Of a stretch of DNA of 64,000 nucleotides, positions 11,010 to 20,112 are shown in pieces. The position numbers and the translations under genes are program-made. How positions within the stretch are numbered: position 1 is the first letter of the stretch; the number at the start of each line of letters is the position of its first letter. Under the pieces are notes generated by a model. The model made no database searches and had not been told where the DNA came from. It was given only the letters and a program-made list of their open reading frames with translations. Source of the stretch: Octopus vulgaris (Eukaryota); NCBI GenBank assembly GCA_951406725.2, contig OX597836.1, positions 23,188,001 to 23,252,000 of the forward strand, given 5' to 3'.

Positions 11010-13537
11010 TGTATGTATGTATGTATGATGTATGTATGTATGTATGTATGTACATATGTATATATGTATTTGTGTATGTATGTATGCATGTACATATGTA
11101 TATATGTATTTATGTATGTATGTATGTATGTATGTATTTATGTATTTGTGTATGTATGTATGTATGTATGTTTGGGGGCTGATAAAATAAGTGCCAGTTG
11201 GCTATCCCACTCCCTCAAAATTTCAGCCCTTGTACTCATAGTAGAAGGGATTATTTTGGTAGGGAACAGGACTAGGGAACTTTGCTTTTATTTATTCAAA
11301 TATTTGTATTTCAAACATGTGGTATTCCATGGTGACCAGTTTGCGTGTTACTAATGAAATTACAAATGTTAATTTGCTCAAGATTTGTCTCTTTTGGTTT
11401 GAACATTTTAATGTAAATTTTGTTTAACAATATTACAATACTTATCGGAATAGAATTTCCAATATTTATATGAACACTGGATAAATAAAATACTTTAAAG
11501 TTTACTTACTAAAATAGTGTTATTCTGTGTTACAGTCAAATGTGAAGAATTCTCTAAAGAAAGCTTGATTTGTTTTGTTGGTGTTGAAAAGAAATACTGA
11601 TTAATAAAATAAAAAAAAACAAAAACCAATTAATTTCGAGCAATGAAAACAATCTTGACAGTATAACACCCTGCCCCCCCACCATACACATCACAAACAA
11701 GCTCTCTCTCTCTCTCACACACATCGGTTATGGCTCTTTCTCCACTGACAATGATGCTGGCAATAACATTGGTGCCAAGTTGTAACAGCATACATTGGAT
11801 GCCTTGTCCTTGGCTCAACATCAGTGACACGGAACAAGGAGACTTGTATGCATGGGAAACTACCAGTCTTGCTCAAAAACATCATGCATAAACCTGTACA
11901 TATACATGCATGATCAACCTTAACCAATGGAGGCCCAAGAACATATGTCATTAAAGTGTTTCATATATTTCATTTTACTGTATTTTAACGTGTATAAGGA
12001 ACTCCCTAATTTTGGGGGCTTAAAATTTGGAAAAAAAGTTTTGTAAGGGATTATAATACTATCCATGTATAAGAAACTCCCATATTCTTTAACTTAATTT
12101 TTGACAAAAAAGGATTCCTTATACATGTTCAACTACAGTATATTTGGTGGTATCAGCCCCAATATAACCACAAACTGATATTCACATAATAAGGCTTTCT
12201 AAAACAACACCAACAACACTATCCATCATTTTTTTAATACTGAGACTTATAACATGCAATTAAGTGGGTGGTAAAAATCTAATTATTTTATATTAATTAG
12301 TTTAGATTTTAACTTTAGCACTCACCAAATTACCTTCCAATAATCCAGCATAGTCCTGAGACAAATTAATTGTTTAATTAACCTGTTTGAATGATCACAA
12401 ATCTAGAACATTGAGTCAATTTTGAATCAGATAAGAGAGTTAAAAACAGTTTTGTTTCACAGTGAAGGCAACTCATCGAGGATTGGGTGTCCTTGAATTA
12501 CTATTTTAGGGGAAAAGGAACTATTTAACCCTGGCAGACGACCCCATTTAGTTCCAGTAGTGCAACAAATGTCCCCATCACATGCTGTCAAGTGCTTTGT
12601 GATGTCATAAAAACCATATATTACACTATAACAAAGACTGAAAGAAGAAGACATTAGAATAACCGACCTGGGTGTTATTGTCGACAGTGATTTGCGTTGG
12701 ACAAAACACATCGCCAAAATTGTCAAGAAGGCTGAGGGTGTCTTGGCATCACTCACCAAATCCTTTGTGAGCCGCTCTCCGGCTATCTATCTGCGGCTTT
12801 ATATAGCTATGGTAAGACCTCACCTGGAATTTGCATCACCGGTCTCGAACCCCTATCTTGCCCAGGACATCAATCGCCTGGAAGCTGTTCAGCGACGTGC
12901 AACCAAAAGAATACCCTCCATCAGGCATTTGCCATATCCTGAACGCCTTACTTCCCTGGGCATGGACACATTGAAACTCCGACGTCTGGCAGCTGACCTG
13001 GCAGACACCCATAAAATTATCAACCATCGCACAAACAATAACACTGAGCACCTCTTCAAACTCCACCCATCTAACACCCGTGGACATATTTACAAAATAA
13101 GAAAACAGTACAGCTCCCATGACTTCAGGAAACATTTTTTCACGCTGAGAGTTGCTGAAGCATGGAACAAACTGCCGGCATCGGTTGTTAGTTGTTGGAG
13201 CACTGCATCTTTCAAGACTTCCATGCTTCCTGAGATTCGCCAACACTACACTTGATTTTCTCCCCTCCATACACACACAAGCATGTTCACTTTCCAGACA
13301 TTTCTACATTACTGCATGTACTTTATATGCACTTTCTGACAAGTTGTGGTGCACCTGAGCACTGTATACAATAATTTCATTATTATTACTATTATATTAA
13401 TTTTATTTATAAAATACCTTCCAGATGCCATTTAGTTCAAGATTATTTTCAAGTAAATTTCCTGGATTGGTGTTACTGGTATTCTGATATCGAGCATAAC
13501 ATTCAATATTCCAATAGGGATATCCAACAGTAGACAT
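3498..13537 (-). CDS. REC114: Meiotic recombination protein REC114 (6 coding exons, 222 aa)
   Basis: Exons 13537-13418 (MSTVGYPYWNIECYARYQ...NGIWK), 11596-11510 (YFFSTPTKQIKLSLENSSHLTVTQNNTIL), 9842-9756 (ENHAVVGGSSNITVFFSADCMLFVNQLTE), 8231-8088 (NCIRRFKIKFS...EESCLHSVATLARFFTIK...), 5832-5764 (GFDAN...VTVDKIAE), 3659-3498 (ILLKQ...LDKILHLCLSDPMFPVFVNQVEQHIYNLKK*). All introns are GT-AG and phase 0. The motifs WxxxxYxR, DCxLF, RxFxxxF and LCLxDxxFPxFVxxVE match animal REC114 signature motifs in the expected order. Confidence 0.92.
4105..4366. mobile_element. Degraded hAT-like MITE
   Basis: The right end GGTTGAGAACCACTG is the reverse complement of a CAGTGGTTCTCAACC hAT/Charlie-type TIR. The left TIR is only partly preserved (GTCAACC). 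Confidence 0.4.
4454..4965 (+). mobile_element. Non-autonomous Helitron in REC114 intron 5
   Basis: Inserted between A and T with no TSD. 5' TCTATATATATAAAA, 3' GC-rich hairpin CCCGAGCAACGCCGGG (4938-4953), then CTAG at 4962-4965. Confidence 0.8.
6424..6815 (-). mobile_element. tRNA-derived CORE-type SINE, full length
   Basis: Head GGCGCAGGAGTGGCTGTGTGGTAAG...GGTTCAGTCCC (A/B boxes), CORE-like CTTGGGCAAGTGTCTT, internal (TA/TG)n, tail (AAAAGAGT). Near-identical copies at 22414, 49244 and 50050. Confidence 0.85.
7690..7830 (+). mobile_element. 3' UTR fragment of the CR1 LINE seen at 12657 (shorter piece at 8388-8436)
   Basis: TTTCCAGACATTT...GACAAGTTGTGGTGCACCTGAGCACTGTATACAATAATTTC(ATT)n matches 13290-13390. 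Confidence 0.75.
8728..8947. mobile_element. piggyBac-type MITE
   Basis: TTAA on both sides, with imperfect TIRs CTCTTTAGTGTTC / GAATGCTAAAGGG. Confidence 0.65.
9509..9743 (-). mobile_element. ~230-bp tRNA-related SINE (family B) inserted at the REC114 exon 3 donor
   Basis: GGCGGCGAGCTGG head, GAGTTCAAATTCC B box, central GCCTTTCATCCTTTCGGGGTCGAT domain (Meta-domain-like, from recall). 15-bp TSD TACAATACTTACTTC at 9494-9508 and 9744-9758. Confidence 0.9.
9984..10393 (+). mobile_element. Composite non-autonomous retroelement: (AAAATC)n, ~63-66 bp internal repeats, (GAT)n tail
   Basis: Three GTGCCxGTGGCACGTAAAAAGCACC units, then GGTTGGCGTTAGGAAGGGCATCCAGC...CCAACCCATGCTAGCATGGAAAGCGGACG(GAT)n. 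Other copies at 14464, 19010, 20530 and 21190. Confidence 0.8.
10394..10625 (-). mobile_element. RTE-clade LINE 3' fragment with C-terminal C2H2 finger
   Basis: HICKICSRVCLSRAGLASHIRSH, stop at 10427, short 3' UTR running into (ATC)n. Confidence 0.7.
10806..11255 (+). mobile_element. Diverged CORE-type SINE with expanded internal (TATG)n
   Basis: Head GTGTGGCTAAGAAATTTG...GGTTTAGTCCC, then CTTGGGCAAGAGTGTCTTCTAT; (TATG)n at ~10966-11170. Confidence 0.6.
11978..12138. mobile_element. Tc1/mariner-pogo type MITE
   Basis: TA on both sides, with ~27-bp imperfect TIRs CTGTATTTTAACGTGTATAAGGAACTCC / GGATTCCTTATACATGTTCAACTACAG. Confidence 0.65.
12657..13395 (+). mobile_element. 5'-truncated CR1 LINE (ORF2 C-terminus, 3' UTR, (ATT)n tail) in REC114 intron 1
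   Basis: DLGVIVDSDLRWTKHI...LYIAMVRPHLEFAS..NPY..DINRLEAVQRRATK...YPERL...TRGH...FFTLRVAEAWNKLP, the canonical CR1 ORF2 C-terminal region. Confidence 0.92.
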
Positions 13538-14463
13538 TCTGGTCTAGTAGTTTGAAAGAAAAAGTAATTAAAAGCAGTGGTCATTTTCAGAAAGTCTGAG
13601 ACAAATTATGAAAATTCCAGTTGAATGTCTCTTATCAAAATAAATCAATAAATTTAGTTCTTTTATTATTTCCACCATAGAGCCTATCCATATTCCTTTA
13701 ATGGGGGAAAAGTAATGCAATTTACTTGAAAGATTGCAAAATGTGGAAATGAACAGGTGAGGAAGAAGAAAATATGTAAAGGTGACATCAATATATAAAA
13801 ACAATGAGAAAAGGGATTGCCTAACTTTACATAGATTAATTAATGATGCTCTAATATCTCAGGGTAACCAAAGAACATATTGATGCCTTTCTTTCATGTG
13901 TCCAAAAGACATATTTTGAAGGGACATTGATGTGATGGCTTAAATATGTTAAAGTAAGGGAACTGATTTGCAGCTAAAACACGACATTCTTCCAGTAATG
14001 TCTGCCTACTCTTGTTAAGTTATAATTTGGGATTCTTGTCTGTTGTATGTCAGTTTTTTAATTCCTTTCATCATAAACGATCATTTAAAATCCAAATATT
14101 TGATTCTATATTCCAAGCAATCTCTGACAACTTGGCTGATTATATAAGTTTTTTAAAAATTTATAATTGATTGTTAATTATGAAATAATAACCAAACTTT
14201 ATTATATCAATAAGTAGTGATCATCCCAGTTTTGACCTTGTCAACGTAACTAGACTTGGAAAAGTTGGTGTGTTCAGTTTAAATCAGACGTGATGGCCAT
14301 CACTTAGAACAAAAACTCACCATACCTATACAAGTGTGCCTCCTGCCGACTTTGTTTCCTCATACGATTATATTGAAATTTGTTGAGAAAAAAATAAAAT
14401 AAAAAATGGAGGGCAAGCACACATACATACTGACACACATCATATATATAAATATATATATTA

Positions 14464-14624
14464 TGGCGTTAGGAAGGGCCTTGGCGTTAGGAAGGGCATC
14501 CAGCTGTAGAAACACTGCCAGATCAGACTGGGCCTGGCGCAACCTTCTGGCTTCCCAAACCCCAGTTGAACCGCCCAACCCATGCTAGCATGGACAACAG
14601 ACGTTAAACAATGATGATGATGAT
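14464..14624 (+). mobile_element. 5'-truncated copy of the (GAT)n-tailed element
   Basis: Same 3' region as 10210-10350; the 5' end carries a short duplication of TGGCGTTAGGAAGGGC. Confidence 0.75.
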
Positions 14625-15038
14625 CTACAAAATATCAAGTTTCATTTTGTAGATATATATATGTGATGTCCGTCAGCATGTATGTGTTCGCTCACCATTT
14701 TTGTTTGCATTAAATTTTAATGTAATCGTAACCTACGCCATTTGACAAGTATTTGGAGAAAATTTCATTGAAAGATACATATTGTTCTTGAAAGTTATGA
14801 GGAAACAAAGTCCAAGTGGTTTACATCTGTGCAGGTATGTCCAGAATTACTTCTCATGGACAATAAACGCGAAAATATCGATGCTTTTAATTGATAATTC
14901 ATTGATATTTATAATAGAATGCCTTTTATAGTATATGATCATTTAATGAAAGAGTGACGGATGTTTTAGAATTATTTCCACGAATATGCTTGAAAACATG
15001 TCATCAATTTTATAAGATGCAGTGAGTTATTTCTTTTG

Positions 15039-15462
15039 GGCAATCTTTCGTCTCTAGTAGACCTTTCCGTCGATTTCCGTAAAAAAATTTTTTTTTTTTT
15101 ACATATGGGCTTGCGGGAACTTTTGAAGTAATGAGAGCGAAAGAGACTAAGAGAGAGAGCGTTTATATGACGAGGGAAGTTCTTTTGAAGTTACCGTGCA
15201 TGGGAGCATTGATGGACATGTGTGTGTGTGTGTTTGATGGGGTGTGGGAGACAGACAGTATGTTGTGTAAGTGAAGTGCTTCTGTTAGTGTGTGTGAAGA
15301 GACAGAGTAATGTGTGAAAGAAAGAGATAACTGAAATTTTTTACTCGGTGTATGTGTATATGTATGTATATTACTTCAAAAGTTCCCGCAAGACCATATG
15401 TAAAAAAAAAAAATTTTTTTACGGAAATCGACGGAAAGGTCTACTAGAGACGAAAGATCGCC
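15039..15462. mobile_element. MITE with ~95-bp TIRs and 8-bp TSD (Merlin- or hAT-like)
   Basis: TSD TTCTTTTG at 15031-15038 and 15463-15470. TIRs GGCAATCTTTCGTCTCTAGTAGACC... / ...GGTCTACTAGAGACGAAAGATCGCC. Confidence 0.85.
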
Positions 15463-15931
15463 TTCTTTTGTTATAAGGTCTTTCGTTGTTTCAAAACGAA
15501 AGGAATTGAGATGAATGCAATGTAAAGCGTAAGTTAAATGTTTTACTCAAAATCTTCAAAATGTTCCAATTATTGCTATATTGCTTTATCTATCTTTAAA
15601 CAAATTCCAAAGAAGGTTTTTCTTTTGAAATATAATTTACTCAGATCAGTTTTCTTGTGAAGCATCCTAAATGTGGATAGAATTACAACAGAAGAACAAG
15701 ATTGCCTTTTTTTATTTCTCTGTAGCATTAATAAAGAATCACGAAATTGTATCTTTTCATATGCAGAATATAAATAAACATTTATCGTTATTTTTCCCTC
15801 GGTTAAAGGTTTAATTTTGCTACAATACAATATTATCATCAAGCACTAAAATATTCGATAATAAATCGTTACCTTTACTGATTAAAATAACGAGATTTTG
15901 GTTTGGAAGTGTATCGTCTGGTCAGCGACTA

Positions 15932-16785
15932 AATACACACACACACAAACACATATACACACATGCGCGTACACACACACACACACACACACACATGCAC
16001 GTACACATACATACGCGCGCGCACACACACACACACATGCACGTACACATACATACGCGCGCACACACACACACACACATGCACGTACACATACATACGC
16101 GCGCGCACACACACACACATGCACGTACACATACATACGCGCGCGCACACACACACGCAAGCACGCGCTCAAAATTTATCGTCTGCTTAACAACTAAACA
16201 CACACACACAGCACACATATACTTAATCGTCTGTTTGACGACTTAACGCATATATACATGTATACGCATGGGGATTGACATAGACACACATACACTCATG
16301 CAAACATACGTACATATACATACACATACAATCATGCAGTCACACACGCATACGTAATTACAAACACATATACATAAGCAGGTATGCATACACACACACA
16401 AACATACATAGACACCTACATACACATGCAGAGAGACACACTCATGCAAACATACGTACATATACATACACATACAATCATGCAGTCACACACGCATACG
16501 TAATTACAAACACATATACATAAGCAGATATACACACACACGCACATACATGGATACGTGCACACACACACACAAACATACATAGACACCTACATACACA
16601 TGCAGAGACATACACTCATGCAAACATACGTACATATACATACAATCATGCAGTCACACACGCATACGTAATTACAAACACATATACATAAGCAGGTATA
16701 CACACACACACACATACATGGATACGTGCACACACACACACACGCGCGCATACATGGATACGTGCACACACACATACATGCGCTT
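15932..16785. repeat. Compound CA-rich minisatellite
   Basis: Four ~42-44 bp units (CA)nTGCACGTACACATACATACGCGCG, followed by three repeats of a longer block containing CTCATGCAAACATACGTACATATACA...GCAGTCACACACGCATACGTAATTAC. Confidence 0.8.
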
Positions 16786-17442
16786 CCCTCTGTCACCATG
16801 TTTTAATAACACCAACTCATTTTAATATCCCCAGTGATGTCCGCTCTGTGAACACAGTCGTTAACGCTTGACTGAATGTAGTTAGTCTCATGAGTTCTAT
16901 GATAATTGAAAACTTTGTTACAGATTTTGTGTTTGGTAAACAATAAAGATTTAGAAATTTTCCAGTTGAACATTTGACGTTATTTTCAAGCAATTTGGTT
17001 CATCACTTAACTCAATTTAAGTTTCTTTCATTTTTGCCTTAACTGTTGCTTACTGATCGTTCTTTCAGCCACAAAATTCTTTGAACCTGGTCAAACTTAC
17101 ATAAAATAGTTTCACATTTTATGTGTGTTGCTTGTCTTAGGTTCTTTGAGGCACAAAAGTTGTGAAGTGATCATTAACATCGGCATCAATGTACAGATGA
17201 TCAACGGTTTAAAACTGTCCGTCGTTATCAATGTAGAATGTAATTAAATTAAAATATTCTTGTATAGATACACAATAATAATAAAATACATTGTAAAGTC
17301 GTCTTTTGAATGTTTTTTTTTATTTAAAATATTCTTTATTCATTTATAAATATGAAGGAATGCAGAAGTTGCAAAGAAAGCAGAGTTAACTCCCTTATAA
17401 AACTGGTCCGAATTCACTTACGACTGTCAACTGATTCTTTTA

Positions 17443-17741
17443 GTCTTTTACTTGTGTTAGCCATTTGACTGTGGCCATGCCGGAGCACTGCTTTTAGTCA
17501 AGCAAATCGACCCCAGGACTTATTCTTTGCAAGCCTAGTACTTATTCTATCGTTCTAATTTGCCGAACCGCTAAGTTACGGGGACGTAAACACACCAGCA
17601 TCAGTTGTCAAGCGATGTTGGGGAGACAAACACACATATATATATATACGACAGGCTTCTTTCAATTTCCGTCTACCAAATCCACTCACAAGGCTTTGGT
17701 CGTCCCGAGGCTATGGTAGAAGACACTTGCCCAAGGTGCCG
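17443..17741 (-). mobile_element. CORE-type SINE lacking the tRNA head (further fragment at ~18133-18240)
   Basis: Matches 6424-6745 and stops at CCCAAGGTGCC. Confidence 0.8.
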
Positions 17742-18360
17742 TTGAATTATGTTTAATTTGCTGAAGTCTGTAGTGAAGTAAGAGAGCAGTCATTTTAGAA
17801 AGCAGAAAAAAAAAACTGGTATGATCGTATACACATATACACACACACTGTCTTCTAAGTATACTTTTAGTTGGGACTACATTGTCCAATGTGTCCTTTC
17901 TTTTTACAAGAAAGTGGTAGATTTGGTTGCTATCCTAAAAGGTGGAGTGACCAAGCTGAAATTTCCTCGATTTCATAGTAGTGTGTGTGTGTAGTGAAGA
18001 GAGAATGTGTGTGTTGTTGAGCATGGGTAAAAATGTTAACCTTGCAGAAATGCTGAGTAAAAATGAAAACCTTGTGCTCCCTCCTAACAAAAGAGGTACA
18101 AGCACTCTCACACACGACAGAACTTCTGCCTTCCAAATCCACTCACAAGGCTTTGGTTGGTTTGAGGCTATAATAGAAGACATTTGCCCAAGGTGCCACA
18201 CAGTGGGACTAAACTTGGAATCATGGTGGTTGGGAAGTGCCATGCCTGTATCTATATGTATCATTACCTGGGGAAAAAAATTAATGGGAAATGGGAATCT
18301 GTCATTGCATTTATAAAATTAACAATTGTAAACTGATTTTTGATTGGCCAATATAATACA

Positions 18361-18682
18361 GAGATGTACTTGCATAGCAAGTGACTTGATCTGAGATCAT
18401 GTGCTGGAACGAAAACAATTGCAGCGTGGAAGGTGTTTATAAATCATTTAAGAAACACACAAAACCGTTAGATTCACTTCAACATTTAAATTTAATTTGT
18501 CAAAATATTTTCGTCGCTTTGAGACTGTGACCTGTTCACTGATGCAGCACAAAGTTTTGTCAGTGAACAGGTCGCGGTCTCAAAGCGACGAAAATATTTT
18601 GACAAATTAAATTTAAATGTTGAAGTGAATCTAACGGTTTTGTGTGTTTCTTAAATGGTTTATAAACACCTTCCACGCTGCC
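18361..18682. mobile_element. Foldback/palindromic element
   Basis: ~120-bp near-perfect inverted arms (18421-18542 / 18560-18681) around a ~17-nt spacer, flanked by the direct repeat ATATAATACA. Confidence 0.75.
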
Positions 18683-19009
18683 ATATAATACATTTCTATG
18701 GCAACTAAATATGCAAATTAACAAGTTTTATAAGGAAGGGGAAAATCATAAAATATTTTTAGATTGGTTCTCAGTAAGCATTGTTCTTGTGATGAGAACT
18801 TAATGGCATTAGCTGAGATATGAAGAAGAGATGATTGCAATAGTTTGGATTTATAATGCTGAATGAGCGGTGAAATAATAGTATGGGTTGATAGTGGAAT
18901 GGAATGACTGGAAGAAATATAAAGTGTAATGAAGTCAGATATCAGGATTCTGGGTCTCACAGTTGGGACAATGAACAGAAGTGGCAACATGGAATTCAAA
19001 CAGTCATTT

Positions 19010-19276
19010 TCTCGTCTGGCACCTGTGTCGGTGGCACATAAAAAACACCATCCGAGTGTGGCCGTTCGCCAGCCTCGTCTGGCACCTGTGTCGGTGGCAC
19101 ATAAAAAGCACCCACTACACTCACGGAGTGGTTGGCGTTAGGAAGGGCATCCAGCTGTAGAAACACTGCTAGATCTGAGTGGCCTAGTGCAGCCTTCGGG
19201 CTTCCCAGACCCCAGTTGAACCGTCCAACCCATGCAAGCATGGAAAGTGGACGTTAAACGATGATGATGATGATGA
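19010..19276 (+). mobile_element. (GAT)n-tailed element, two 63-bp internal units
   Basis: CTCGTCTGGCACCTGTGTCGGTGGCACATAAAAA x2, then the shared 3' region and GAT tail. Confidence 0.8.
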
Positions 19277-19657
19277 ATGGATTGTACTGGTCCAACAGAG
19301 AAAATAAATGTTAAAATGATGAAGAATTATTTGTGATAAAAATTGTTTAATTCTGGTGGGGGTCTTCAGGAATAGGAACTAAAATACAAGAGAGCAACAG
19401 GAATTGTTAAAACAGTAATTTACAAACCACAAGACAGAGTTTTTTTTTATTTATATTTATAATGAAAACAGATTGACTACAGAAACATGTATACAGCTTA
19501 AATTTATTTTGACATGAGCAGAAAACTATTTTTACAATATCTTTTAGAATCAGATGGTAAATGTTTTATATTAAATATATACATTTATGTAATATGGTAA
19601 TTTTGGCTTTATCAACCAAATGAAAATAAAGTTTTTTTAAAGATAAAAAATGTATTT

Positions 19658-20064
19658 GGATCTTTTCGGTTTGAATGGCAGTTTTTTCTAGCGGTGTCAT
19701 ATGAAATTGTCACCCATAATTATGACCCTAGTATTAATCTATTGCATTTCAATCTGTTTTAGGGTTAGGGGGAAGGGTATCTTTTTTTCTTCACAAATGT
19801 AAATAAACCCAATCTGTTTCTTAAACGAGGGACAAATTCATATGGCACAGAATGTTTTTTTTACCTCAATGGATGTCATTGATTGGTTGAAATTGCAGAA
19901 ATTGAAGAAAAACAACAACAAATATCTTAGAATCTATAGAATTTTCTCAATAAAGCCAAGAGAAAAAGATGTTTTATAAACACATTCTACCAGTATATGA
20001 AGTTTAAAATTTTTTAGTTACTGAGAAATTATGTTAAAAACTGCTGTTCAAACCGAAAAGATCC
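19658..20064. mobile_element. MITE with 8-bp TSD in the probable SDE2 3' UTR
   Basis: TSD ATGTATTT (19650-19657, 20065-20072). TIRs GGATCTTTTCGGTTTGAATGGCAGTTTTT / AAAAACTGCTGTTCAAACCGAAAAGATCC. Confidence 0.85.
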
Positions 20065-20112
20065 ATGTATTTGAAGCTAAGAATTCTTATTTTCTTTAGG
20101 TACATAAATACA

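Noticed and set aside
19758-19775. TTAGGG repeats as an interstitial telomere (also ~53015-53035)
   Set aside because: Only about two units, internal to a MITE or repeat remnant.
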